From Candidatus Hydrogenedentota bacterium (lineage in GTDB: Bacteria; Hydrogenedentota; Hydrogenedentia; Hydrogenedentales; JAEUWI01): DNA of 64,000 nt. Position 1 is the stretch's first letter, and each line of letters begins with the position of its first letter. Location of the stretch: contig JAXMOL010000025.1 in NCBI GenBank assembly GCA_034669905.1, positions 1 to 64,000 on the forward strand. The letters run 5' to 3'. Below are positions 1-9,328 of this stretch, piece after piece. Under the pieces are notes generated by a model. That model was given only the letters and a program-made list of their open reading frames with translations, was not told the DNA's origin and did no database searches. A program made the translations under genes and the position numbers.

Positions 1-36
1 CTAATCCATACGATACGACCCACAAGGTGGCACCCC

Positions 37-1311
37 ATGCGCATGACCCGTCTGGCAATAGTCCTCACCCTCCTCGCTACTCCCGTGCTCGCCGACGACT
101 GGGGCGCCCACACCGTCCGACTGCGAAACGGTGCCCAATCCGACATCGCCCTGCCCGCCAAACTCCAAATCGTCACCGAGTCATGGAAGCGCGTGGTGGC
201 CGTGCCCTATATCGTCTATATGCCCGAAAAGAAGCGGCTCCTCATGCTCGTAAGCTGTGACTACCCCCACCACCCCGAAACCCTCTACAGCGACGACGAA
301 GGCGCTACCTGGTCTTCCCCCCGCGCCGTGGTCTCCGCCAAAGACGACATCCCGGTACCAGGATTGGCGACCGCCTTGACCTATCTGGGCGATGGCCACG
401 TTCTCTTCCTCACCGCGACGACCCGATGGCTCAGCACCGACTTCGGCGCAACATGGAATTCCCTGTCGGAAATCGACAAGACCGTCGACGACCATCCCTG
501 GTATTCCTGGGACCCACTCTGGGCGGACCGGGACTCCACCGCAGGGGACGAGGTCACCCGCCTCATCGAAGCGGGCTATACCGTCATCCGGCCAGAAGAC
601 GGTACGAAGCACTTCAGCCAGGGCTACATCCGTTTCAGCAGCGATCAGGGGGCCACGTGGACCGTAAGCACGCGCGTGCCCCAGTGGAAAGGCGTCAATG
701 AAGTTGCCCTGCTCCGCATCGGAAACGGCACGCTCATGGGGGCCTACCGCACCGATATTCCCATGCAAAAAGAAGGCGAATGGATCGACCACTACTCCGG
801 AATGGGCGTTACATTCTCCAAGGACAACGGAAAAACCTGGACAAAGAACGAGCCCCTCTATGACTACGGCCGGCACCACCCTTCCACCGTGCTCCTTCCC
901 GGTGGACGCCTCGTCATGACCTACGTCGTCCGCAAGGGCTATGTGGACACCCCCGAGGGATTCCCCCAGTTCGGCATTGAGGCCATCGTCAGCGACGACA
1001 ACGGCCAGTCCTGGGACCTCGACCACCGCTACATCCTCCATACCTGGCACGGCGACCGCACAGACGAAAACAAATGGTGGACCAGTTCCCAGGCCACCTC
1101 CACGTTGCGCCTGCCGGGCGGGGACCTCCTCACGGCCTTTGGCACCGGTTACCGCAGCAAAGAAACCGATACGCCCAACAAGCCCGGTCCCCGCGACGCG
1201 GCCCTGATCCGCTGGCGGTTGAGTGATGCCCCCCTGGACGACACCACGACGATACGAGACGCCCCTTTCGAATCCGACACGCGCAATATCGTAGACCCAG
1301 CCCAACGCTGA
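37..1311 (+). CDS. Secreted BNR/Asp-box beta-propeller protein (sialidase-like fold)
   Basis: Signal peptide (MRMTRLAIVLTLLATPVLA); five Asp boxes: SDDEGATW, STDFGATW, SSDQGATW, SKDNGKTW, SDDNGQSW. No clear RIP motif, so substrate is uncertain. Confidence 0.8.
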   Translation: MRMTRLAIVLTLLATPVLADDWGAHTVRLRNGAQSDIALPAKLQIVTESWKRVVAVPYIVYMPEKKRLLMLVSCDYPHHPETLYSDDEGATWSSPRAVVSAKDDIPVPGLATALTYLGDGHVLFLTATTRWLSTDFGATWNSLSEIDKTVDDHPWYSWDPLWADRDSTAGDEVTRLIEAGYTVIRPEDGTKHFSQGYIRFSSDQGATWTVSTRVPQWKGVNEVALLRIGNGTLMGAYRTDIPMQKEGEWIDHYSGMGVTFSKDNGKTWTKNEPLYDYGRHHPSTVLLPGGRLVMTYVVRKGYVDTPEGFPQFGIEAIVSDDNGQSWDLDHRYILHTWHGDRTDENKWWTSSQATSTLRLPGGDLLTAFGTGYRSKETDTPNKPGPRDAALIRWRLSDAPLDDTTTIRDAPFESDTRNIVDPAQR

Positions 1312-1342
1312 GGGAGCGACGATAGCGCCGCATCGATAGAAT

Positions 1343-1430
1343 TAGTTGGTTTGATTCACCCTGATGGATCATTATAACGACAACCTGAATTGCGTAAATT
1401 ACTGCGGAATACTCCCCTCCTTGGAGGGGA
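1343..1430. repeat. ~90-bp dispersed element ending in the CCCCTCC-TT-GGAGGGG hairpin; inverted copy at ~63004-63090
   Basis: tagttggtttgattca..gatgg..catt..ctgaatt..ttactg.gga.tactcccctccttggagggg matches the reverse complement of 63004-63090. Confidence 0.7.
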
Positions 1431-1560
1431 ATGCATTACCAGTTTTTCTCCAGATCCAAGCAAAGTTTAATGCCCCCAACGCTAAATCACACCATTAGAT
1501 TACCGGCGAAGCACAAGCACCGTGCCGGTGCCGCAAACTCCCACAAGGACATCGCGTCTC

Positions 1561-3843
1561 ATGAAAACCCTGATTACAATCGCCTTGGTCATGACCGTAG
1601 GGGCCGCCGTCCCCGCGAATGAACTTTTGCTGTGGTCGGACACACCCGCCGCCGAATGGGTTGAAGCCTATCCCATCGGAAACGGGGCCTTCGGTGCCAT
1701 GGTTTTCGGCGGGGTGGACCAAGAGCGCATCCAGTTCAACCACGACACCCTTTTCAACGGGCAGCCCCACGACTATGTCCATAAGGGCGCCGTCGAACAT
1801 CTTCCCGCCATTCGCAAACTTCTCTTCGAAGGCCGACAAGACGAGGCCCATGCCCTGGCCAATCAGGAGTTCATGAGTGTGGGTCACGAGGGCAGCAATC
1901 GGCAGCGGGCCTACCAACCCTTTGGCGACCTCCTCCTGAGTTTCGACGCCTTCAAGGAAAAAACGCCCGACACCTACCGCCGCGAATTGGACATCGACAA
2001 CGCCATCACCTCGGTCACCTTTGAGCTAGACGGCACCACCTTCCACCGTGAAGTCTTCGCCTCCTTCCCCGACAACGTGATCGTGGTGCGCCTCTCCGCC
2101 AATAGACCCGGCGCGATCAACGGCACCGCCACCCTGTCCAGCCCCCACGACCGCATCAACCTCACATCCGAATCAGACGAGCTCCTGCGGATGACGGGCC
2201 AGGTAAAGAACGGTGTGACAAGCTTCGAAGCGCGTTTACAGGCCCGTGTCGAAGGCGGCACGGTCACGGCTCACGACGGAAAGCTAACGATCGCCGGCGC
2301 AAACGAAGCTACGCTGATTCTTGCGGGTGCCTCAAGCTTTGTGAACTACAAAGACGTGAGCGGCGACCCCGTCGAGAAAAACCGGAAGACGATGGCGCGG
2401 CTCAGCGAGAAGTCCTTCGAAGAAATGAAGGGTAAGCATGTCGAGGACCACCGTGCTTTGTTCCAACGGGTCTCCTTGGATGTAGGCACCTCAGACCAGG
2501 CGAAACAGCCGACTGCCAATCGCCTCAAAGGCTTCGACGCCGGGGACCCCCAACTGGTGGCGCTCTTCTTCCAATACGGGAGGTACCTCATGATTGCGTG
2601 CAGCCGTCCGGGCAGCCAGCCGGCGAATCTACAGGGTCTCTGGAATGAATCTACCGAGCCCCAGTGGGACAGCAAATACACGTGCAATATCAATACCGAG
2701 ATGAACTATTGGCCCGCCGAAGTCACCAACCTGGCGGAATGTCATGAACCGCTCTTCACTGCGCTCCAGGACCTGTCCGAAACGGGTGCCCATGTGGCCA
2801 CCGAGCATTACGGCGCCCGTGGTTGGGTGGTGCATCATAACTTTGACCTGTGGCGGGGTGCGGCCCCCATCAACCACGCCAACCACGGCATCTGGCCCAC
2901 GGGCGGTGCCTGGATGTGCCAACATTTGTGGTGGCACTATGAGTTCGGACAGGACAGAGACTTTCTGGAGAACACCGCCTACCCACTCATGAAGGACGCG
3001 GCGCTGTTCTTTGTGGACTCCCTGGTCGAAGACCCACGAAGCGACAAGGGCTGGTTGATTTCCGGGCCGTCGAATTCCCCGGAGAATGGGGGTTTGGTCA
3101 TGGGGCCCACCATGGATCACCAGATCATCCGGAACTTGTTTGCCAATGTGATCGAAGCATCACAAATCCTGGGACGGGACGAGGCGCTTCGTGCCCAACT
3201 GGCCGACATGCGCAAACGAATCGCGCCCAACCAGATTGGCAAACAGGGCCAGCTCCAGGAGTGGCTGGAAGACAAGGACGACCCCAACAACAAGCATCGC
3301 CATGTGTCCCACCTCTGGGGACTTCATCCGGGCAACGAGATACACCCACAGCAAACCCCGGAACTGGCACAAGCGGCCAAAGTAACGCTGGCCCATCGCG
3401 GCGATGGCGGGACGGGCTGGTCCAAGGCCTGGAAGATAAACTTCTGGGCACGCCTGCTGGATGGGGACCATTCCTTCAAAATGCTCCAGGAAGCCTTGCA
3501 GGGCAACACCTACCCGAACCTCTTCGACGCCCACCCGCCCTTTCAAATCGATGGCAACTTCGGCGCCACCTCCGGGATAACCGAGATGCTACTCCAGAGC
3601 CATCTCGGCGAGATAGCCCTGCTGCCCGCATTACCCGCCGCCCTGCCCACAGGGAGCGTCACCGGATTACGCGCCCGGGGCGGATTCGAAGTCGATATCA
3701 CCTGGAAAGACGGCAAACTCCTTTCGGCGACCATCCAGAGCCTGACCGAAACGGAGTGCGTGGTTCGGTATGGAGACACGCAGCGCGTTTTGAAAATGAC
3801 GCCTGGGGAGAAGGTGATACTGCGGGGTGAAGAGTTGCGGTAG
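1561..3843 (+). CDS. GH95 alpha-L-fucosidase-family glycoside hydrolase, secreted
   Basis: Motifs PIGNG..GAMVFG, FQYGRYL, PANLQGLWN, NINTEMNYW, HRHVSHL, PPFQIDGNFG, GLRARGGFEV. ATG at 1561 starts a signal peptide. Confidence 0.93.
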   Translation: MKTLITIALVMTVGAAVPANELLLWSDTPAAEWVEAYPIGNGAFGAMVFGGVDQERIQFNHDTLFNGQPHDYVHKGAVEHLPAIRKLLFEGRQDEAHALANQEFMSVGHEGSNRQRAYQPFGDLLLSFDAFKEKTPDTYRRELDIDNAITSVTFELDGTTFHREVFASFPDNVIVVRLSANRPGAINGTATLSSPHDRINLTSESDELLRMTGQVKNGVTSFEARLQARVEGGTVTAHDGKLTIAGANEATLILAGASSFVNYKDVSGDPVEKNRKTMARLSEKSFEEMKGKHVEDHRALFQRVSLDVGTSDQAKQPTANRLKGFDAGDPQLVALFFQYGRYLMIACSRPGSQPANLQGLWNESTEPQWDSKYTCNINTEMNYWPAEVTNLAECHEPLFTALQDLSETGAHVATEHYGARGWVVHHNFDLWRGAAPINHANHGIWPTGGAWMCQHLWWHYEFGQDRDFLENTAYPLMKDAALFFVDSLVEDPRSDKGWLISGPSNSPENGGLVMGPTMDHQIIRNLFANVIEASQILGRDEALRAQLADMRKRIAPNQIGKQGQLQEWLEDKDDPNNKHRHVSHLWGLHPGNEIHPQQTPELAQAAKVTLAHRGDGGTGWSKAWKINFWARLLDGDHSFKMLQEALQGNTYPNLFDAHPPFQIDGNFGATSGITEMLLQSHLGEIALLPALPAALPTGSVTGLRARGGFEVDITWKDGKLLSATIQSLTETECVVRYGDTQRVLKMTPGEKVILRGEELR

Positions 3844-3962
3844 CCGGAACCACACCCTAAACATTGGGCAATCCGCATGGAACCTGTGCCGACGTCATAG
3901 GATGGTACTTACAACTCCCATGACGGCATTTCGACAGCACCCGGAAAGAAGGCTATAAACCG

Positions 3963-5692
3963 ATGCAGCATAAACATCACCTTTGCTCCTTGGGTTCCTC
4001 CACAACGGTGGTGCTCGCCGCGTACCTGATGCTATGGGCCATGCCAGCTTGCGCACAATTTAAATACACCGCGCTGACCACTGAAATCGCGGGCCTGGAC
4101 TGGGACATCGCCCAATACGAAGTGGAGGTACTCTCCCGCTATGTAGCCGAGTATCCCAGAATGACGCCTGACGAACAAAAGGCTTGGGAAGATAACGTGG
4201 ATAGCCCCTACCCCGGTGCCACTGCCCCGGTCGAAGCGGCCCACGTGGATTGGATCCTGCAGGCGCTAAATTCGGATACCTTCGCGAAGCAGGAATCCTA
4301 TTGGCCCTTCGCCTACCACGCCCTCGGGGTCTTGCTGCAGCTTGTTCCGGACGCACCCGAGCTCCCCCCCATCGCGCAGCGAATTCTCTCCTTGAAACTC
4401 CCCCCCCCCCACGGTCGCCTATCTCCCCCACGAAACACTGATTGAGCTCTGTTTGACCTTACTCGTCGATGCGGAGTCCAAAGAGTACATGGACGTCGTC
4501 CTGCGTGCGGAGCGCGCAGAGTTTTGGCGTGACCAAATGGACAACGCCACGTTGGAAGAGCCCTCGAGTTACCTCGACGAAGAAGAGGACCGCTTGCTCC
4601 TCACGCTTCGGGCCAAACCCGTGCTGGTGCTCGCAAAGCTCAGACCAAAGGAAGCGCTGGTCTGGCTCGATGAAATAATGGCAAGGACGGACGAAGCACC
4701 TGGCTACTTGCGATTGATGCAGGGGGGGGGTGGAGGTGGCGGAGCGCCGATTGCGCGCAAAACCTACCACCCGGGGGCAGTCTGAACCAGATTACACCAT
4801 CATGATGCCCCGACTAACCGATGGCCCGGGCACGTCCCGCTTCACGGCATACGACTTCCGACCGGTGCTTCGCGCGAAGCATGTAGTGACAATCAAGCCC
4901 AACATAGCGTACCTGCGCAAACAGGAATTGATTTCTGAAGAGATAGAACGATTGTGCGAGATCATAGCGGACGAGAATACCTATGAAAAAGTGGAACGAA
5001 TCACCTGCTGTCGCACGCTGGCCCGTAAAAAGGGCCTCCCGGTGAAATTGGAACGGTGGGTCACCATGCACCATGTTCTACTGGCGGGCCACTTCTACCT
5101 GGTCGATGAACTGGAACGTGTTGCCTTTGGGTGGCTCGAGCGCTACCCGGACGACTGGGATCCCCTTCCCGCGTATTGGAAGAAGATCAAGAAAAACGAA
5201 GTCAATGTGAATCTCTACCTGCGTGGCTACCTTGCCCAAATTTATTCTGGAATGGACAGTATCCAACACACGTGGCCAATGGAGGAACGCGAGGAAAAGT
5301 TTCGCTCGGTAATCAAGCCCGTGTTTGACGCTGGACTTGACGATAACGAAGAGATTCTATTGGCGCGCCTGTATTTCATGGTCTTGCAAGATATGCTGCA
5401 CTACGCGTGGGCAACGGAATCCGGGCCAGATCACGACACCGTCGAATCCCGGAGCGCCTGGGACACGAAGGTTGACGCAGTCCGTGATGCGCTGGAGACA
5501 GAGCTACTCGGGCACCTCGACACCATGGCCGAGACCCTTGAAGAGACGAAGGTGCGTCCTGTAATCGTTGATAAGCGGCGCGGTATCGTCCTACCATACC
5601 CCGACTTGGTCGACACCGTCAAAATGCATGCCAATGGCCTCCAAGCGCGCCAAGCGCAACGCCGCGCGGAAACCGCGGCATTGGATGAGTAA
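3963..5692 (+). pseudogene. Exported hypothetical protein split into three ORFs by frameshifts at C11 (4400-4410) and G9 (4722-4730)
   Basis: ORFs 3963-4445, 4453-4785 and 4730-5692 lie in successive frames. Removing one C and one G gives one open frame of 575 aa with an N-terminal signal peptide. Confidence 0.6.
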
Positions 5693-5699
5693 CCACCAT

Positions 5700-5804
5700 T
5701 CAGCCGTCCTCGGTGTCGCCGTCCCATTCGTCCGACGCGGATACCACCCCCTCCACATACACGCCGTGCTCTTGGCCCAGCGCCACAAACTCCGCGTCAC
5801 TCCA
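5700..5804 (-). pseudogene. Diverged stub of the 3' end of the adjacent TerB-domain gene
   Basis: Translates as WSDAEFVALGQEHGVYVEGVVSASDEWDGDTEDG*, versus WSDAEFVALGKTHGVYVEGAAGGMEAW in 5994-8000. Confidence 0.7.
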
Positions 5805-5840
5805 AGAAATCTTCCGTGCGTTCAAACTTACGCAATAGCG

Positions 5841-6009
5841 TTCTCACCACGTCGATGCAGAGAGCACAGAGAACGGAAAGGAATATTTCTTCTCTGCGTT
5901 CCTTGCGTTCTTTCGCGGCCCATTCCATTCGTGTGCATTCGTGTTCATTCGTGGTTCAACTTTTTTGGATCACAGCCAACCGCTGCCCCAAGTTCATTCG
6001 TGGTTCAAC
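5841..6009. repeat. Decamer-periodic intergenic element (TTCGTGTGCA-TTCGTGTTCA-TTCGTGGTT), copy 1
   Basis: Same module order (ctcaccac..agaac..gaatat..ctctgcgttcc..gcggcc..ttcgtg x3..gccaac) recurs at 24305, 28256 (partial) and 38112. Confidence 0.8.
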
Positions 6010-8000
6010 TCCCCATCCTCCTCGGAGAAGACATAGCGCGTTCCTTCCTCCGCCCCCACATCGTCGGCCCACGCTTCCATGCCACCCGCCGCACCCTCCA
6101 CATACACCCCGTGCGTTTTACCCAACGCGACAAACTCCGCATCGCTCCAATCAGGCCGTTGCAGCAGCGCATAGAGCGCATCGCAATAGGGGTCTGCCAC
6201 GGAGCTAGTTGCTGCGGGCTGCTCGGCGTCGGTGCCCTGCTTCCGCCCATACCAGATGCCCCGCTTCCCGGCTTCGTCCCCTTCCAGCGGCACCACCGCC
6301 TGCATGGCCACCCCCAACCGCGCGGCGAAGGCCTTCGTCTCGCGCATATGTTGGGCCAGGGCGCTCCGATTCACGTCCCCGGATTCGGGCACGAGAAGGG
6401 ATTCCAACAGTCCTTCCAAATCGGTCACCGGCAAGCCCAACGCACGATAGGCCCGGCGCAGGGCATGGCGCTCCTTTTCGCAGAAGTGAAAGTTGGCCCC
6501 CGCCACCCCGACCAAATACTTCCCAACTTCACCACGCTCTTCGTCGCTAAGCAGGACGCGCACCCGGCGAATCAGGCTATTGAGCTTGGGCGGAAACTTA
6601 ATGAGTCGCCGACGCAACACCCCCAGACGTTTCTTGTCATGGTCGTTGAAATGGTAGAGCGAATTCACGATCTCCGAGACGTGCAAGACTTCCACATGGT
6701 CCACCTCGCCATCCACTTCGGCAATGGCCGTGCCCAGGGCAAGCAGCAGCGTTCCCGCCAGATAGTAGGGGTCGCTTTCCGGATGCCCGGCCTCGGCGCG
6801 AATAAGGACCACCCGCTCCCGCGCCTTATAAGGACGGAGCAACACCGTGGGGTTGGGAAGGAGTTCATACCCCGCCGCACGGGCACGAGCGACCACCTCG
6901 AGGCTATCCCCAAGCATCAAATCTTCTTTGGGCGAGAGCGCCACGTCCGCACACTGGGCCACCGCATGAATCGTTACCAGGACCCGCCCCTGCGCGTTCG
7001 CATGGCCATCAATCAGGGCAGACCACCTTCCGTCGTCATCCCGCTCGGAAGCACAATCCCGCCAGCAATCGATAAGCGGTTGAAACTGGCCATAGGCCCC
7101 CATCACATCGGCCGAAGTGACCGACCACAACGCGGCGAAGTGCTCCCAACTCTGCAACGACGGGTTGATGGGCCGATATTTCCAGGTCTGCTCCGTCTCC
7201 GCCGCCACCAACATCATCCCCTCGCCAAACTGCGCCCTATAGGCCGCAACAAATCGCGCCTCGAAGTCCACCGCATCGGATGACTCCGGCGCGGAGCAGC
7301 GAATGTCCTGCTGCGCGATTTCATAGGCCAGTTCGGGGGGAAGGGGCTTCTTCCGCTCATAGAGCCAGGTGGTGGCCACGGACAGCGCATCCGCGTGAAG
7401 CGGAATACGGCGCTGCATGAACAACCGCTGAAACCACGCAGGCTTCAGCTTTTCGATGCCCTTGGTCGCAAAAAGGAATGCCGCCAACCGTGAGGCGCTG
7501 CTGAAAAAGGATGGCCCATCTTCATACCGCTCCAACAAGCGCATCAAAACCCGTAGCACATCCTCCGGGTCCCCTTTATCCTGCAGGGCATGGCGTTCTA
7601 ATCCATAAAAATAGAGAAAGGCGTAGTTCATATCCCCAAGCGGCAGGCTACGCCCCGAAGCGAGCCAGGCAAGATAGTTGGCCCGTTGGGTCGGTGTCAG
7701 CGCGGCATAGCCCGACCAGTGGGTCAGGGGCTTCGCCCCCTCCATATCCACCTCCCCCACGGGCAGGGTCGTATCGATACACGACGTCTCCCCATCCGCC
7801 GTGCGCCCTTCAGACGTATAGAGCATGGCGCGCGAAATCGTGTGACCGCCTAGCTCCACCGTGGCATCAAGGCCATGCCAGTTCAGCTTCGCATCGGGCG
7901 CAAGGGGTCGTGTATCTTCCGACACCACCGCCCACGGAATGGTCCAACGCTCGTCAACCTCGTGTAAGGTGGGCGGGTCGGTGTTGGAGGGGCGGGTCAT
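5994..8000 (-). CDS. TerB N-terminal / TerB / TerB C-terminal domain protein (Shango SngA-like)
   Basis: TerB_N signature YAALTPTQRANYLAWLASGR..YAFLYFYGLER; central TerB-like region (IAEVDGEVDHVE; VAGAN..EKERHAL..YRALG). Confidence 0.8.
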   Translation of the reverse strand: MTRPSNTDPPTLHEVDERWTIPWAVVSEDTRPLAPDAKLNWHGLDATVELGGHTISRAMLYTSEGRTADGETSCIDTTLPVGEVDMEGAKPLTHWSGYAALTPTQRANYLAWLASGRSLPLGDMNYAFLYFYGLERHALQDKGDPEDVLRVLMRLLERYEDGPSFFSSASRLAAFLFATKGIEKLKPAWFQRLFMQRRIPLHADALSVATTWLYERKKPLPPELAYEIAQQDIRCSAPESSDAVDFEARFVAAYRAQFGEGMMLVAAETEQTWKYRPINPSLQSWEHFAALWSVTSADVMGAYGQFQPLIDCWRDCASERDDDGRWSALIDGHANAQGRVLVTIHAVAQCADVALSPKEDLMLGDSLEVVARARAAGYELLPNPTVLLRPYKARERVVLIRAEAGHPESDPYYLAGTLLLALGTAIAEVDGEVDHVEVLHVSEIVNSLYHFNDHDKKRLGVLRRRLIKFPPKLNSLIRRVRVLLSDEERGEVGKYLVGVAGANFHFCEKERHALRRAYRALGLPVTDLEGLLESLLVPESGDVNRSALAQHMRETKAFAARLGVAMQAVVPLEGDEAGKRGIWYGRKQGTDAEQPAATSSVADPYCDALYALLQRPDWSDAEFVALGKTHGVYVEGAAGGMEAWADDVGAEEGTRYVFSEEDGELNHE

Positions 8001-8180
8001 GGATGTAGCCGCTGCAGTTTGAAGGACCCAAACGACATATACGACCTAAAGGACCGGTGTGTGATTCCCTTGAGCGAAGCCCGGCAGCGCAGGACCACAC
8101 CACATTGACCGGCATTCACGGGGCCACTCACCTTTAAAAGGATTCCACACATCAATCTGTCCTCTAGGTCCTTTTCACAG

Positions 8181-8215
8181 CTGTCAACGATCAATCGTCA
8201 ACTATCAACTCTCAG
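8181..8215. repeat. Heptamer tandem array (NNNTCAA) containing the stop codon of the oxidoreductase gene
   Basis: ctgtcaa cgatcaa tcgtcaa ctatcaa ctctcag; related arrays at 9326, 40913, 41956, 42443, 47436, 61506. Confidence 0.7.
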
Positions 8216-9201
8216 TCTTCCCCCCCCATGGAAATTGCAATCTTCCCCTGCACATGCCCCGCTTCCATATACCGTATCGCATCCGGCACCTCGGCCAGGG
8301 GATAAACCCGGTCAATCACCGGCACCACCTCACCCCCATCAATGAGGCCCGACACGAAGGCAAGGTCTTTCCCATTGGGACTTACCAACATGTTGCCCAT
8401 CTTCCGAGAGCCCATCATCGAAACAATCGCCCCCATCAACATAATCTGATAAAACTGGCCCATCTCCCCGCCACTCATGATATAGCGCCCCTTGGGCAAC
8501 AGCGCACGTTTATAATCAAAGAGCGACCGGTTACCATTGGCCGCGTGAATCAAATCATACTGCGCCCCCGAAGCCGCAAAATCCTCCTGGGTATAGTCAA
8601 TGACATGGTCCGCCCCAAGGGACCCCACCCGCTCCAGATTGCGCGTGCTGCACACCCCGGTAACTTCCGCTCCGAAATGCTTGGCCAGCTGTACGGCAAA
8701 ACTACCCACACCACCAGAAGCCCCATGTATCAACACCTTATCCCCCGCCGCAATCTTTCCATGATCACGCAGGGCCTGCAGGGCCGTAACCGACGCCGCC
8801 GGCACCGTGGCCGCCTCTTCGAAGGTGAGCGTATCCGGCTTCTTCGCGAGCATCGATTCGGGTGCCACGGCATACTCCGCAAAGGCGCCAAAACCGGCGT
8901 TGGAAATATCGCCATAGACCGCGTCACCGACGGCGAATGTGGTGACCCCTTCGCCCACCGATTCCACCGTCCCTGCAATGTCCGCACCCAGGATGGAGAT
9001 CTTCGGCTTCGTTAACCCAAACATAAGCCGCACCATCCACGGATCGGCGCGGAGCAAATGCCAGTCGCCAGCATTTATCGACGACGCATGGACCTTAACC
9101 AGGACTTCGTTGGCCTTCGGCGTGGGCTTTTCCACGTCCTCATAGCGGAGGACATCGGGGGAACCGTATTCAGTATTCACAATGGCTTTCACGAAAAACA
9201 T
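8212..9201 (-). CDS. NAD(P)-dependent MDR-family oxidoreductase (quinone oxidoreductase / alcohol dehydrogenase-like)
   Basis: EYGSPDVL, SINAGDW, GADIAGTVE, GASGGVGSFAVQLAK, HVQGKI. Real start may be GTG at 9192. Confidence 0.92.
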   Translation of the reverse strand: MFFVKAIVNTEYGSPDVLRYEDVEKPTPKANEVLVKVHASSINAGDWHLLRADPWMVRLMFGLTKPKISILGADIAGTVESVGEGVTTFAVGDAVYGDISNAGFGAFAEYAVAPESMLAKKPDTLTFEEAATVPAASVTALQALRDHGKIAAGDKVLIHGASGGVGSFAVQLAKHFGAEVTGVCSTRNLERVGSLGADHVIDYTQEDFAASGAQYDLIHAANGNRSLFDYKRALLPKGRYIMSGGEMGQFYQIMLMGAIVSMMGSRKMGNMLVSPNGKDLAFVSGLIDGGEVVPVIDRVYPLAEVPDAIRYMEAGHVQGKIAISMGGED

Positions 9202-9328
9202 TTCCTATTCGCTTAAGTGACTATCGGATTCTCGAAAGGACCTAAAGGACGAAAACGACGAAAAGGACAATTGGCCAACGGCGCGGCACTACCACCCTCA
9301 CTAAGCACCGAAGGCGACGCACCAACCG

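Noticed and set aside
5700..6149. Diversity-generating retroelement (TR/VR pair) in the TerB C-terminus
   Set aside because: Differences are mainly synonymous and not adenine-specific; no reverse transcriptase in the window.
5568..7283. 571-aa + strand ORF
   Set aside because: Antisense shadow of the TerB gene and repeat DNA; no motifs.
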